A program made the position numbers and the translations under genes. The notes below the pieces were generated by a model, which made no database searches, was not told the DNA's origin, and saw only the letters and a program-made list of their open reading frames with translations. This document shows positions 46,307-59,461 of a stretch of DNA of 64,000 nucleotides, one piece after another. Origin of the DNA: an uncultured Planctomycetia bacterium (GTDB taxonomy: Bacteria; Omnitrophota; Gorgyraeia; Tantalellales; Tantalellaceae); assembly GCA_964572255.1 (NCBI GenBank), contig CAZNEE010000005.1, positions 24,720 through 88,719 on the forward strand, read 5' to 3'. Position 1 is the stretch's first letter; each line of letters opens with the position of its first letter.

Positions 46307-46315
46307 TGTGGATAA
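46307..46315. promoter_or_regulatory. DnaA box (TGTGGATAA, perfect consensus) in the dnaA leader
   Basis: Exact complement of TTATCCACA, between the dnaA promoter and the ATG, the position of classical autoregulatory boxes. Confidence 0.7.
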
Positions 46316-46392
46316 TCTGTTGATAGCTTGTTTTCTTCTTTTTGACAACTGCATTGTTTCTGTTAATGGTTTTTAACAAACTTTGAGCATAT

Positions 46393-47811
46393 TTGATGGA
46401 TAATATTTGGGAAAAAGCCCTTTCTGTTCTGCAATCCGAGGTAAACGAACAGGTTTATAATGCCTGGTTCTCTCCTATACGGCAAGCTTCTTTACAAGAA
46501 AACACTATTTTTTTAAGTGTTCCGAATAAATTCTTCGAAAACTGGATCCGGGAAAAATATTTTAGTTTAATAAAAGCGGCCATACTGCAAGCTTCCGGCA
46601 AAGAAATGTCGATACAGTTTGATGTGTCGGAAACTTCTTCGCCTCCGGATGAAAACGTAGAAACAGTACCGGAGAAAAGCGGCCCTGCTCCGGTTCCGGC
46701 TGTTGAACAGCGCGAAAAAGAACGTTCATCGATGCACTGGCTGAAATCAATGCTTGGCGGAACCCGTCAAATGCCGGAAAGCCGTTACCAGGAGATCGGT
46801 CTTAACCCAAAATACACTTTTGACAATTTTGTTGTCGGGTCCAGCAACAGGTTTGCTCATGCCGCCGCTCTTTCTGTGTGTGACAATTTGTCCAAAAGCT
46901 ACAATCCCTTATTTATATACGGCGGTGTAGGGCTCGGAAAAACCCATTTGATGCAGGCCATAGGACATGCCGTCATTAAAAAGAATCCTAAGATCAAAAC
47001 TTTATATATCTCGAGTGAAGAATTTACAAATCAGCTTATCTCCGCTATCCGCACAAAAACGACTCCAAAGTTCCGTAATATGTACAGGAATGTCGATGTT
47101 CTCCTTATAGATGATATCCAATTTATCGCAGGAAAAAACTCGACACAAGAAGAGTTTTTCCACACCTTTAACACGTTATACGATGACCATAAACAAATAG
47201 TTCTTTCCAGCGACCGTTCTCCTCAAGAGATCCCGGGCCTGGAAGAACGTTTGGTTTCCCGTTTTGTCTGGGGGTTAATAGCGGACATCCAGCCTCCCGA
47301 CTTTGAAACACGTATAGCTATTTTTGAGAAAAAATGCGAAAACGAATCGGTGGAAATGCCGCAAGACGTTCTTTTCTTCCTGGCCGAAAAAATCAAAACC
47401 AATATCCGGGAAATGGAGGGCGCGCTTATCCGTGTTGTTGCTTACGCGAAGCTCACGGGCAGGAATATTTCCGTAGATCTTGCTAAAGAGGTTCTAAAGG
47501 GCATGATAATTGAGGAAGAGAAAAAGATCAGTGTTGACCAGATCCAGTCGACAGTTGCTGGGTATTTTAATATGAACGTCTCTGATATGAAATCTAAAAA
47601 AAGAACCCGCACAATAGCGTATCCTCGGCAAATGGCGATGTATCTTTCTCGCACATTAACAGATTACTCCTTGCCGGAGATAGGTGAGTTTTTTGGAGGA
47701 AGAGACCATTCAACTGTGTTACATGCTTGCGATAAGATCGAAAAGGAAATAAGCTCCAACGAAGAAACCCAAGAAATAGTGACTAAACTAAAGATCCAGA
47801 TAAAAAAATAG
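46393..47811 (+). CDS. dnaA: chromosomal replication initiator protein DnaA
   Basis: 472 aa with domains I-IV: AAA+ Walker A GGVGLGKTHL, sensor/box VII, and a C-terminal DNA-binding HTH. Confidence 0.97.
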   Translation: MMDNIWEKALSVLQSEVNEQVYNAWFSPIRQASLQENTIFLSVPNKFFENWIREKYFSLIKAAILQASGKEMSIQFDVSETSSPPDENVETVPEKSGPAPVPAVEQREKERSSMHWLKSMLGGTRQMPESRYQEIGLNPKYTFDNFVVGSSNRFAHAAALSVCDNLSKSYNPLFIYGGVGLGKTHLMQAIGHAVIKKNPKIKTLYISSEEFTNQLISAIRTKTTPKFRNMYRNVDVLLIDDIQFIAGKNSTQEEFFHTFNTLYDDHKQIVLSSDRSPQEIPGLEERLVSRFVWGLIADIQPPDFETRIAIFEKKCENESVEMPQDVLFFLAEKIKTNIREMEGALIRVVAYAKLTGRNISVDLAKEVLKGMIIEEEKKISVDQIQSTVAGYFNMNVSDMKSKKRTRTIAYPRQMAMYLSRTLTDYSLPEIGEFFGGRDHSTVLHACDKIEKEISSNEETQEIVTKLKIQIKK

Positions 47812-48036
47812 CGTTGATATGTTGTGGATAACTTTTATAAGGCTTCTGCTTGTTCTCCCATAAATATGAACACCCTTATGCACAGGCTTTTCTGGCCACA
47901 AGTGCTTTATTTAAAAGAACTTACAAGGTTATCCACAGAGAAACATACATACTATTATAACTATATACTACTGTTTTTTAAGAATAGTATAGAAAGAGCA
48001 TAACAGTACAGGAAAAATTTATTTTAGGAGGAAAAA
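47812..48036. other. probable oriC segment: dnaA-dnaN intergenic region with DnaA boxes and an AT-rich unwinding-element candidate
   Basis: Perfect DnaA boxes TGTGGATAA (47823-47831) and TTATCCACA (47929-47937) in inverted orientation, a 1-mismatch box TTATGCACA (47876-47884), and an AT-rich tract at 47940-48010. Coincides with the gene-strand switch. Confidence 0.6.
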
Positions 48037-49140
48037 ATGGACTTGACGATATCAAAGGAAGTTTTGGGTAATGGTATACAGATCGTTCAAAATGCTATCA
48101 CTCAAAAAAGCAGTTTACCCGTTCTTTCAAATGTATTATTGGAAGCAGACTTAGGAAAACTGCAATTAACTGCAACTGATTTAGACATAGGGATTTGCGC
48201 GACATTACCTGTAACCGTTAAAGATAAAGGAGCGATCACTGTGCCGGCAAGGAAATTTTTTGATATTGTTAAATCTTTGCCTGACGGAAGCGAAATACAG
48301 CTTTCAATCAAAAAAAACAACTCCATGACCATCAAAAGCGGGAAGGCGCAGTTTAGGATCATAGGGCTCCCCAAAGAAGAGTTCCCGCAGCTCCCAAAAT
48401 TCAAAGACAAAGATTCAATAACAATAGAACAAAGCTTACTTAAAGAGATGTTGAACTTAACGGAGTTTGCTGTAAGCAAAGACGATACCAGGTATGTGTT
48501 AAACGGGATCCTTCTCGAGCTTAAAGGGGATGATATGAGCATTGTTGCGACCGACGGAAGAAGGATGGCAGCCGTTCATAAAAAGCTGCCCACAAAAACA
48601 CTTGTCGACAGAGAGGAAATAATCCCGACCAAGACAGTTCAAGAGGTTAAAAGATTATTAGAAGATGAAGGAGAGGTAAAGATCCAGTTCAGCGACAATC
48701 AGGTCCTTTTTTCTTTTTCGGGATGTTTTATCATTTCCAGGCTTATTGAAGGGGAGTTCCCGAATTATAAAAAAGTTATTCCGGAGAAATCCCCAAAAGA
48801 GATCAAGGTTTCAAGAGAGGATTTTTTATCGGCAGCGAGAAGGGCAAGTATTTTTACGGATCAGGACTCACTTGCGATAAAACTCGATATACAAAAAACG
48901 AAAATGACAATATCGAAAAACACTCCTTATCTTGGAGAGGCCAAAGAACAGCTGGACATAAATTATTCCGGAAATGATGCTGTACAGATAGGATTTAACC
49001 CGCGTTATTTGATAGACGTTTTGAAGAATTTCCCGGGAACGGAAATTACATTTGAAGTTAATGACGCGACGAAGCCCGGGGTTATCCGGCGCGGGGAGGA
49101 ATACACGTACGTTGTTCTTCCGATGCAGCTCGCCGCTTAA
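48037..49140 (+). CDS. dnaN: DNA polymerase III beta sliding clamp
   Basis: 367 aa with three-domain clamp architecture, immediately downstream of dnaA. Confidence 0.95.
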   Translation: MDLTISKEVLGNGIQIVQNAITQKSSLPVLSNVLLEADLGKLQLTATDLDIGICATLPVTVKDKGAITVPARKFFDIVKSLPDGSEIQLSIKKNNSMTIKSGKAQFRIIGLPKEEFPQLPKFKDKDSITIEQSLLKEMLNLTEFAVSKDDTRYVLNGILLELKGDDMSIVATDGRRMAAVHKKLPTKTLVDREEIIPTKTVQEVKRLLEDEGEVKIQFSDNQVLFSFSGCFIISRLIEGEFPNYKKVIPEKSPKEIKVSREDFLSAARRASIFTDQDSLAIKLDIQKTKMTISKNTPYLGEAKEQLDINYSGNDAVQIGFNPRYLIDVLKNFPGTEITFEVNDATKPGVIRRGEEYTYVVLPMQLAA

Positions 49141-49460
49141 TGATGGAAAGAAAAAAAACAAAACACATAGATAGCGTTGTGTCGGGCCTGCTGCAGAGGC
49201 TGGAAGCTCATAAGGTAAAGAAGGCAAATGCCGTAAGAGAAGCGTGGCGGGAGGCCGTTTCAAAAAAAGCTCTGGGGCACACACAGCCGGTAAGTTTTAA
49301 AAACAATGTAATAATGGTCATTGTTGAGAATTCATCCTGGCTGTATGAATTGACCATGGAGAAGAAAGAAATACTCAAGAAGTTTAACAAAAAATATTCG
49401 GGAAGAAAAAAAGCGCGGGACATAAGGTTCAGAGTGGGCAAGATAGAGCTAAATATCTAG
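49140..49460 (+). CDS. DUF721/DciA-like protein (candidate ancestral replicative-helicase loader)
   Basis: 106 aa. Pattern VVSGLLQRL...AWREAVSKKALGHTQPVSFKNNVIMVIVENSSWLYEL...ILKKFN fits DUF721 (DciA). The start overlaps the dnaN stop. It occupies the recF/yaaA slot between dnaN and gyrB. Confidence 0.65.
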   Translation: MMERKKTKHIDSVVSGLLQRLEAHKVKKANAVREAWREAVSKKALGHTQPVSFKNNVIMVIVENSSWLYELTMEKKEILKKFNKKYSGRKKARDIRFRVGKIELNI

Positions 49461-49487
49461 CGCAGTTAATAAGGAAAGAAGGGATAA

Positions 49488-52016
<2,529 letters not shown>

Positions 52017-52039
52017 AAGATAAGTAGACAGGAGAGACA

Positions 52040-54499
52040 ATGTACACGAGAAACGAAAAAATTATCCCGATCTATATAGAAGAAGAAATGAAAAATTCTT
52101 ACATCAATTACGCGATGAGCGTTATTGTGGGGCGCGCGCTGCCGGATGTAAGAGACGGGCTAAAACCCGTACATAGGCGCATACTGTACGCCATGAAAGA
52201 TATGGGCATGCTGTACAACAAGCCATTTAAAAAGAGCGCAAGGATAGTCGGTGAGGTTTTAGGTAAATATCACCCGCACGGAGATACGGCTGTTTACGAT
52301 GCGCTTGTGCGTATGGTGCAAGAGTTCTCTCTCAGATATCCCCTCATTAACGGACAAGGCAACTTTGGTTCTTTAGACGGAGACCCTGCTGCGGCAATGA
52401 GGTATACCGAGGCAAGACTTCAGCAGATAACAAACCTGATGCTGCAGGACATAGAAAAAGAAACAGTGGACTTCCAGCCGAACTTTGACGGATCACTTAT
52501 AGAGCCCACGGTTTTGCCGGCGGCCTTGCCGAATCTTTTGATAAACGGGTCTAGCGGTATTGCCGTAGGAATGGCAACAAATATCCCTCCGCACAATCTC
52601 GGAGAAATAGCAGATGCGGTATGTCACCTGATCGATACCCCCGAAGCTTCGATAGATGATCTGATAAAGATCGTTAAAGGGCCGGACTTCCCTACAGGCG
52701 CTCTTATTTGCGGGAAGGAAGAAATCGTGAGAGCCTATAAAACCGGACGTGGAAGCCTCAAAATGCACGCAAAAGCACATGTTGAACAGAAAAAACAGGG
52801 AAAAGAAAGCATTGTCGTTTCCGAAATCCCGTATCAGGTGAGCAAATCGAAACTAATAACTTCCATGGCAGATCTGGTCAAAAACAAGAAAGTTGAAGGA
52901 GTTGCTGACATAAGAGACGAATCTGATAAAGACGGGATCAGGATCGTTATTGATGTCCGCAGGGGACAGAGTACCGACATTATCATGAACCAATTGTACA
53001 AGCATACACAGATGAAAGAAACATTTGGCGTGATAATGTTAGCAATTGTTGACGGGGAGCCAAGAACGCTTAACCTTAAGGAGATGCTGGAATTATTTAT
53101 TAAGCACCGCAAGGACATCATTATAAAACGAACAAAATTTGATCTTGCCAAAGCCGAAGACAGGGCCCACATATTAGAAGGATTAAAGATAGCCGTAAAA
53201 AATATAGATGCAGTGATAAAGCTTATAAAGGCTTCGAAAGACCCGGAAACAGCCAAAATAGGCCTGATGAAAAAATTTGATTTGTCAGAAAAACAGGCCC
53301 TGGCGATCCTTGCGATGAGGCTGCAGAACCTTACTAACCTTGAGACAAAAAAACTGGAAGAGGAATATAAGGAGCTTATCAAATTGATCGAGAAACTCAA
53401 AGGAATACTTGCCAGCGAAAAGAAGGTGCTGGAGATAATAAAAGAAGAAACCCTGGAACTCAGGGAAAAATTCGCCGATCCGCGCAGGACAGAAATAACA
53501 AAAGCGGCAGAAGAGTTAGACATAGAAGACTTGATCGCGGAAGAGGACATGGTAATAACTGTAAGCCATGCGGGCTACATAAAAAGGTTCCCGGTAAGCG
53601 CTTATAAAAAGCAAAGGCGCGGAGGCAAAGGGGTCACGGGAGCAGAAACAAAAGAAGAAGATTTTATCGAACACCTCTTTGTGGCCTCAACACATGATTA
53701 TATGCTTATCTTCACCAGCGAAGGGAAATGCCATTGGCTTAAAGTGCATGAGATCCCTCAAGCAGGAAAAAGAACTAAAGGCAGGCCCATCGTTAACATG
53801 CTGGGGATCCGCGATACAGAAAAACTAACAGCAGTCGTTCCCGTGAGAGAATTTGCAGAAGGCAAATTCGTTGTTATGGCCACGGAACAAGGGAAGATCA
53901 AAAAGACACCGCTTGAGGCGTTCAGCAACCCCAGAAAAGGAGGGATCATCGCCATGACCCTGGGGAAAGAAGACCAGCTTATAGAGACGATCATTTCCGA
54001 GGGTGATGACCAGATATGCCTGGCAACAGCAAGCGGAAAAGCAATAAGATTTAAAGAAAAGGACATAAGGTCCATGGGGAGGACAGCCCAGGGAGTTAAA
54101 GGCATGTCTCTCGGGAAAAAAGACCAGGTTGTAGGGATGGTTAAAGTTAATCCTGATGCCTCGCTTTTAACTGTCAGCGAAAACGGTTTCGGGAAACGAA
54201 CAGAATTTGAAGAATATCGCGTGCAGTCACGCGGAGGGAGCGGGATTATCAATTTAAAAGTTGTTGCGAAAAACGGGCCGGTTGTCGGCATAAAAGCGCT
54301 GAGAGACGAAGATGAAATAATGCTTATTTCAAAACGCGGGATGGTGGTTCGGGTCGCCGTTAAAGGGATAAGCAAGGTGGGAAGAGCCACTCAAGGAGTA
54401 AGAGTGATCACCTTAAAGGCGCAAGACAAGCTTACTTCTATCGCAAGCGTTGTTTCGCGCGAGGAGGAAGAAGAAGTAGAAGGAGCGCAAGAAAAGTAA
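52040..54499 (+). CDS. gyrA: DNA gyrase subunit A
   Basis: 819 aa. Active-site Tyr region (AAMRYTE), QRDR (HPHGD) and C-terminal beta-pinwheel repeats. Confidence 0.97.
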   Translation: MYTRNEKIIPIYIEEEMKNSYINYAMSVIVGRALPDVRDGLKPVHRRILYAMKDMGMLYNKPFKKSARIVGEVLGKYHPHGDTAVYDALVRMVQEFSLRYPLINGQGNFGSLDGDPAAAMRYTEARLQQITNLMLQDIEKETVDFQPNFDGSLIEPTVLPAALPNLLINGSSGIAVGMATNIPPHNLGEIADAVCHLIDTPEASIDDLIKIVKGPDFPTGALICGKEEIVRAYKTGRGSLKMHAKAHVEQKKQGKESIVVSEIPYQVSKSKLITSMADLVKNKKVEGVADIRDESDKDGIRIVIDVRRGQSTDIIMNQLYKHTQMKETFGVIMLAIVDGEPRTLNLKEMLELFIKHRKDIIIKRTKFDLAKAEDRAHILEGLKIAVKNIDAVIKLIKASKDPETAKIGLMKKFDLSEKQALAILAMRLQNLTNLETKKLEEEYKELIKLIEKLKGILASEKKVLEIIKEETLELREKFADPRRTEITKAAEELDIEDLIAEEDMVITVSHAGYIKRFPVSAYKKQRRGGKGVTGAETKEEDFIEHLFVASTHDYMLIFTSEGKCHWLKVHEIPQAGKRTKGRPIVNMLGIRDTEKLTAVVPVREFAEGKFVVMATEQGKIKKTPLEAFSNPRKGGIIAMTLGKEDQLIETIISEGDDQICLATASGKAIRFKEKDIRSMGRTAQGVKGMSLGKKDQVVGMVKVNPDASLLTVSENGFGKRTEFEEYRVQSRGGSGIINLKVVAKNGPVVGIKALRDEDEIMLISKRGMVVRVAVKGISKVGRATQGVRVITLKAQDKLTSIASVVSREEEEEVEGAQEK

Positions 54500-54554
54500 A
54501 AAACTTGTTGCAAAGAAAAAAACTATTTTGTAGAATAAGGCCTCAAAAATTTAC

Positions 54555-54632
54555 GTCCCCATCGTCTAGCCTGGCCTAGGACATCAGATTTTCATTCTGA
54601 CGACCGGGGTTCGAATCCCCGTGGGGACGCCA
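54555..54632 (+). tRNA. tRNA-Glu (anticodon TTC)
   Basis: Acceptor GTCCCCA/TGGGGAC, anticodon stem TCAGA/TCTGA with loop TTTTCAT, T-arm CGGGG-TTCGAAT-CCCCG, discriminator G, encoded CCA. Confidence 0.88.
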
Positions 54633-54643
54633 GAAGCAAAAAA

Positions 54644-54675
54644 GGCCACTCGCAAGAGCGGCCTTTTTCTTTTTC
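54644..54675 (+). terminator. intrinsic terminator after gyrA/tRNA-Glu
   Basis: GGCCACUC-GCAA-GAGCGGCC hairpin (GNRA tetraloop, one bulge) followed by UUUUUCUUUUUC. Confidence 0.7.
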
Positions 54676-54781
54676 AAAACAAGGCAGAGCACAAAAAATC
54701 TTCTCCTCTCGCCGAATATGCGCTATAATTACAGGAATAAATATAATTATTATATGCACTAAAAAATAAAAGGAGGAAAAA

Positions 54782-55018
54782 ATGCCGTATGAACGCGATC
54801 TGGACGAATGTCTGTTTTCGAAATCCTGTGAAGTAGATGCAGACAGGTTGACTGTAAGCATCTATTCTTACAATCAAGGCGCGAAAAAAATGCAGATTAC
54901 CAGAGAGAACAGGAATGCTCAGGGGGAACTGCGCTTTGCCAAGCTGGGAAGAATGACCAAACAGGAGGCCGAAGCCGTTATTCCCATGATGCAGGAAGCA
55001 ATAAAATCCATGGATTAA
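54782..55018 (+). CDS. hypothetical small protein (78 aa)
   Basis: Strong Shine-Dalgarno AAAAGGAGGAAAAA-ATG. Soluble, no recognised domain. Directly upstream of the SYLF gene. Confidence 0.5.
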   Translation: MPYERDLDECLFSKSCEVDADRLTVSIYSYNQGAKKMQITRENRNAQGELRFAKLGRMTKQEAEAVIPMMQEAIKSMD

Positions 55019-55031
55019 AAAGGGAGGCGCT

Positions 55032-55709
55032 ATGAAGAAAGGTTTTACAGTATTTTCTGTATTTGCGTTTATTTTGTGCTTAACAATTCCTTGCTTTGCG
55101 CAGGACAAATGGGACAACCTTTTAGTTGAATCAGCCAGGGTTTTTGAAGAAATGACAAAAATGCCCGAACAAGGGATCCCGGAATCCTTGTTGAAGGATG
55201 CTTACGCGATCGCGATATTCCCCTCAACCGTTAGCGGAGGGTTTGTTTTCGGAGGCAAATATGGGCAGGGGGCAATAGTTGCGAAAGATAAAGGCAAAGG
55301 CACCTGGAGCAATCCGGCAGTTTTTAACCTTGCAGGGATAAGCTGGGGACTTCAGATAGGCGGTCAAGCCACAGATATTATATTGCTTATTATGAGCGAA
55401 AGAGGACTTGACGGCCTCCTTCAGAGCAAGCTCAAACTGGGAGGGGACGCGGCAGTGTCAGCAGGCCCCGTTGGAAGGGACGCAGCTGCGGCAACAGACC
55501 TCCAGCTAAAAGGAGGGATACTTTCATATTCAAGAAGTAGAGGCGCTTTTATAGGAGTAAAATTAGAAGGAGCAGTGATCTCCCAGAACAGTGAGGCCAA
55601 TTCTGATCTATACGGAAGCGGAATGACAGCCAGGGATATTTTAATTAACAACAAGGGGACTGCGCCGGAATCAGCCGGCAGGCTTTTAAGCGATCTGGCC
55701 AAATATTGA
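55032..55709 (+). CDS. SYLF (Ysc84/DUF500) domain lipid-binding protein, secreted/periplasmic
   Basis: 225 aa with signal peptide and the SYLF signature (WSNPAVFNLAGISWGLQIGGQ...AGPVGRDAAAATD...LSYSRSRGAFIGVKLEG). Confidence 0.8.
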   Translation: MKKGFTVFSVFAFILCLTIPCFAQDKWDNLLVESARVFEEMTKMPEQGIPESLLKDAYAIAIFPSTVSGGFVFGGKYGQGAIVAKDKGKGTWSNPAVFNLAGISWGLQIGGQATDIILLIMSERGLDGLLQSKLKLGGDAAVSAGPVGRDAAAATDLQLKGGILSYSRSRGAFIGVKLEGAVISQNSEANSDLYGSGMTARDILINNKGTAPESAGRLLSDLAKY

Positions 55710-55732
55710 GACGCGGGTTTTAAGGAAAAAAG

Positions 55733-57205
55733 ATGATCTATTATAAGGGCAAAGACAGGGGGCTTATAGTTGTATCAAATAGGCTCCCTTTCTATAAAAA
55801 TATAGATGAAAAAGGAAAAATTGTCTGGGCCAAAGCCGCAGGCGGACTGATCACTGCGCTGGAACCGATCATTATTCAAGCTGAAGGGACATGGCTGGGA
55901 TGGGACGGACATGTTGTCGAGGAAATAAAAGAACCGGGAAAAGTAGTAACTTATGATGTTAAAGAGGTCAGTCCAGACGAAACGGGAAAAGAGGAATCAT
56001 ATAGTTTAGGATGCGTCCCGCTAACCGAAGAAGAAGTTGAAAAATATTATAACAGATTTTCTAACGGAACATTATGGGCGCTTTTTCATTACTTTTTTGA
56101 AAAATCTCATATAGACTATCCTTCCTGGCGGACATATCTTGATATTAACAAACGATTCGCGGATTATGTTGATAAGATCGCGTCAGAAGACGATATAATC
56201 TGGATACAGGATTTCCATCTTTTTTTAACCCCGTATTTCTTGAGAAAAATCAGACCCAAGCAGGAGATACATTTTTTCCTTCACATACCCTTCCCCCACA
56301 TGGACATTTTTTCGATCCTGCCCTGGCAAAGGCAGATATTAGAATCTCTTCTTTGCTGTAATACGATCGGATTTCACCACAAACAGTATTTTAGGAATTT
56401 CATGGGGGCGGTTGAAGTTTACAGGAAAGAGATGAAAATTTCCGGGAAAAAGAGCATAGCAGAAAAGATCAAAACGCACGCTTATGCCAATCCGATAAGC
56501 ATAGATTTTAATCTTATTGACAGAACGTCCCGCAAAGAAGAAGTGATAAAGAGGAAAAATGAGATCAGGGAGCAAGCAGCATGTCCGAAGCTTATAATAG
56601 GGGTCGATCGCATTGATTATTCCAAAGGCATAAAGGAAAGATTGTTGGGTCTTGAGTATCTTCTAACAGAGCACCCGGAGATTAAAGAACAGTTCTTTTA
56701 TTACCAGCTGGTCATCCCGAGCAGAGAATCTGTGGAAACATACCAAAAGCTCAAAAAAGAGATCGATGAAATTATCGGCAGGATCAACGGAAAATTCTCG
56801 ACCGGACTGTGGTCGCCGGTCCACTATAATTACGGTACAGTTCCTTTTGAAGAGCTGGTTGCCCTGTACCTGGCTTCTGACGTAGCTCTCGTGACGCCTT
56901 TGAGGGACGGGATGAATTTAGTTTGCAAAGAATATGTTGCGGCGCATTCCGACAATGACGGGGTTTTAGTGCTTTCCAAATTCGCCGGGGCGATAGCTGA
57001 GATAAAAAATTGTCTGCCGGTCAACCCGTACAGCATAGAAGACATAGCAAACGCTATCCACCAGGCGCTGCATATGCCAAAAGGCGAGCGGAGAAAAAGA
57101 ATGGGCAAAATGAGGAAAAACATACAATCAAACAATATTAAAACCTGGCTCAATCATTGCTTGCAGCACTTCGAAATGTCCAAGGGTCCCTTTATCCCCG
57201 AATAA
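55733..57205 (+). CDS. otsA: alpha,alpha-trehalose-phosphate synthase (GT20, OtsA-like)
   Basis: 490 aa with GT20 motifs (LWALFHY, IWIQDFHL, HIPFP). Followed by a HAD phosphatase. Confidence 0.85.
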   Translation: MIYYKGKDRGLIVVSNRLPFYKNIDEKGKIVWAKAAGGLITALEPIIIQAEGTWLGWDGHVVEEIKEPGKVVTYDVKEVSPDETGKEESYSLGCVPLTEEEVEKYYNRFSNGTLWALFHYFFEKSHIDYPSWRTYLDINKRFADYVDKIASEDDIIWIQDFHLFLTPYFLRKIRPKQEIHFFLHIPFPHMDIFSILPWQRQILESLLCCNTIGFHHKQYFRNFMGAVEVYRKEMKISGKKSIAEKIKTHAYANPISIDFNLIDRTSRKEEVIKRKNEIREQAACPKLIIGVDRIDYSKGIKERLLGLEYLLTEHPEIKEQFFYYQLVIPSRESVETYQKLKKEIDEIIGRINGKFSTGLWSPVHYNYGTVPFEELVALYLASDVALVTPLRDGMNLVCKEYVAAHSDNDGVLVLSKFAGAIAEIKNCLPVNPYSIEDIANAIHQALHMPKGERRKRMGKMRKNIQSNNIKTWLNHCLQHFEMSKGPFIPE

Positions 57206-57208
57206 AAA

Positions 57209-58024
57209 ATGAAACATTTGATCAAAGAATGGAAAAAGATAAGCAAGGACATAGAAGGAAAACACTTGTATCTTTTTCTGGATTTTGACGGGACATTGAC
57301 GCGTATCAGAAAACATCCGGCAAAAGTCAGGCTTAGCATGGGAACGAGAGGGGCGATCAAGGATCTGGCTTCCTTGGGCAATGTGTCAGTGGCTATTATA
57401 AGCGGGAGAAGCCTCGAAGATATAACCAAAAGAGTCGGGGTAAAAAATATCACATATGCCGGCAACCACGGCCTGGAGATCAAAGGGGAGGACGGGCAGC
57501 ATATCGTGAAGGGGGTCAAAGAGGCGAAGAAAGTCATCTCCGGCATAAATAAACAAATAAAAGAAAGAACAGCATCATTTGAAGGGGTCATAGTTGAGGA
57601 TAAAAAAGTTTCTTTAAGCGTGCATTACAGAATGGCAAGGAAGCGCGATATCCGGGAAGTCAACAGGATAGTAGAGGGAACAACAGCTCCTTATCGCGCC
57701 AAAAGAAGGATCAAGCTTACCCGGGGCAAAAAGGTGTGGGAAATACGCCCCCCCATTGATTGGGACAAAGGAGCAGCCGTTTTATACCTGCTGGAAAAGA
57801 AAAGAAAAAAAACAAAGGCACGGATCGTTCCTTTATATATAGGAGACGACAAAACAGATGAAGATGCTTTCCGCAAGCTTAAAGGGAAAGGATGGTCAGT
57901 GAGGGTCGCAAAAGACAAGAAGCATCCCAGCAGAGCGAAGCATTATTTAAAAGGGACAGAGGAGGTAAAAAACTTTCTTCTAAGACTTTACCGCTTAAAA
58001 AGAGAGGAGAGACGGCATGTTTGA
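57209..58024 (+). CDS. otsB: trehalose-6-phosphate phosphatase (HAD-IIB, OtsB-like)
   Basis: 271 aa with HAD motif [10 protein letters not shown] and motif [12 protein letters not shown]. Lys/Arg-rich C-terminal tail. Confidence 0.85.
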   Translation: MKHLIKEWKKISKDIEGKHLYLFLDFDGTLTRIRKHPAKVRLSMGTRGAIKDLASLGNVSVAIISGRSLEDITKRVGVKNITYAGNHGLEIKGEDGQHIVKGVKEAKKVISGINKQIKERTASFEGVIVEDKKVSLSVHYRMARKRDIREVNRIVEGTTAPYRAKRRIKLTRGKKVWEIRPPIDWDKGAAVLYLLEKKRKKTKARIVPLYIGDDKTDEDAFRKLKGKGWSVRVAKDKKHPSRAKHYLKGTEEVKNFLLRLYRLKREERRHV

Positions 58025-59444
58025 TGATAGGAGCAGGAAGTACAGCAACGAGTATGTTCCCTTAAACCCTGTCGATATTAAATTGTACGAGCCTTTTGTC
58101 GGCAAAGAATTTATGGACGACCTGAAATTCATGGCAGATCCGTTAAATAAAAAAGTATGGGCGAATGTTAATTCTACTTTTGTCGGCGGAGGGGTCGCGG
58201 AAATGCTTCAAAGTGTTGTGCCTTTCGCCAGAGGGCTTGGCATAGACGCAAGATGGTTCGTTATTGAAGGAAGCGAAGAGTTTTTTAACGTTACTAAAAA
58301 ATTCCACAATTTACTCCAAGGGGTCGATCAGGATATAACGCTAAGAGAGATTTTTCACGCCTATCTTGATACGATCGACGAAAACACAAGAGAAGTCAAA
58401 GTTGTAGGGCACATGGTCACGATACATGACCCGCAACCCGCGGCAATAATAATGAACGGCAATGTGTACGGCCATATATTTTGGAGATGTCATATAGATA
58501 CTTCAAACGCCAGCCGCAGGATATGGCGGTTTTTATTGCCGTACATCAATCAATTTGAAGGTGCGATCTTTACTGCGAAAGAATTTGTCAGGGAAAATGT
58601 ACAGATACCGACCTATGAAATAAACCCGTCAATAGATCCTCTCCGCAAAAAGAACAGACAACGGACCAGAGAAGAAGCTCTTGCAGTATTGGAAACAATA
58701 TTTAACGAGAACAACATTGACCCGGAAAGACCGATCGTGGCAGCCGTGTCGAGATATGATGTGCACAAAAACCAGAAAACCATTTTGGAAGCTTTTAAAC
58801 TTCTGAAAAAGAAACTTTCAAAAGGCATCGATCCGGTTCTCGTGATAGTCGGGAATTCGGCGACAGATGATCCCGAAGGAACCGTTATGTACGAGAAAAT
58901 GAAGGAAATCGCAGAGGGAGAAAAAGATATTCACCTGTTGCTTAATGTGGAAAATAACGATGAAGTTATCGGTTCTCTAATGATGATAGCAGACTGCTTT
59001 GTCCATATTTCGACTAAAGAGGGATTCGGGCTTGTGGTTTCTGAGGCGATGTGGCAAGGAACCCCGGTTGTGGGGAGCACAATAGGGGGCATTACTAAAC
59101 AAGTCGTGAACGGACACAATGGCTTTTTAGTGGACCCTCATGAAACAGAAGAAGTGGCCAGCGCCATCAAGTCGATCCTGGAAGATGATCTTTTAAGGGA
59201 AACACTTTCAAAAAATGCCAAACAAACCGTGGAGCAGCATTTTCTTCTGCCGCGGATGGTTTACAAAGAACTGACGCTTATGCGTTATGCAATGGAAATA
59301 GACAATAAAGTGCCCTCCTTCAGGCTGAACAATCTGACATATAGGGAGATAACTCAAGCTTTGTATGGCAGAACAGTCTGGCCGTTTTCGACAGATGATC
59401 TCAAAAAGCGCATTGAAGCGATTTGGGAAGGGCTGGAAAAATAA
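58017..59444 (+). CDS. treT: trehalose glycosyltransferring synthase TreT-like (GT4, NDP-glucose + glucose -> trehalose)
   Basis: 475 aa. N-terminal VNSTFVGGGVAEML...ARWFVIEG..EFFNVTKKFHN.LQG closely parallels archaeal/bacterial TreT. C-terminal GT-B EX7E-type region (EGFGLVVSEAM). Confidence 0.75.
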   Translation: MFDDRSRKYSNEYVPLNPVDIKLYEPFVGKEFMDDLKFMADPLNKKVWANVNSTFVGGGVAEMLQSVVPFARGLGIDARWFVIEGSEEFFNVTKKFHNLLQGVDQDITLREIFHAYLDTIDENTREVKVVGHMVTIHDPQPAAIIMNGNVYGHIFWRCHIDTSNASRRIWRFLLPYINQFEGAIFTAKEFVRENVQIPTYEINPSIDPLRKKNRQRTREEALAVLETIFNENNIDPERPIVAAVSRYDVHKNQKTILEAFKLLKKKLSKGIDPVLVIVGNSATDDPEGTVMYEKMKEIAEGEKDIHLLLNVENNDEVIGSLMMIADCFVHISTKEGFGLVVSEAMWQGTPVVGSTIGGITKQVVNGHNGFLVDPHETEEVASAIKSILEDDLLRETLSKNAKQTVEQHFLLPRMVYKELTLMRYAMEIDNKVPSFRLNNLTYREITQALYGRTVWPFSTDDLKKRIEAIWEGLEK

Positions 59445-59461
59445 AAGGGAAATGGGGATAA

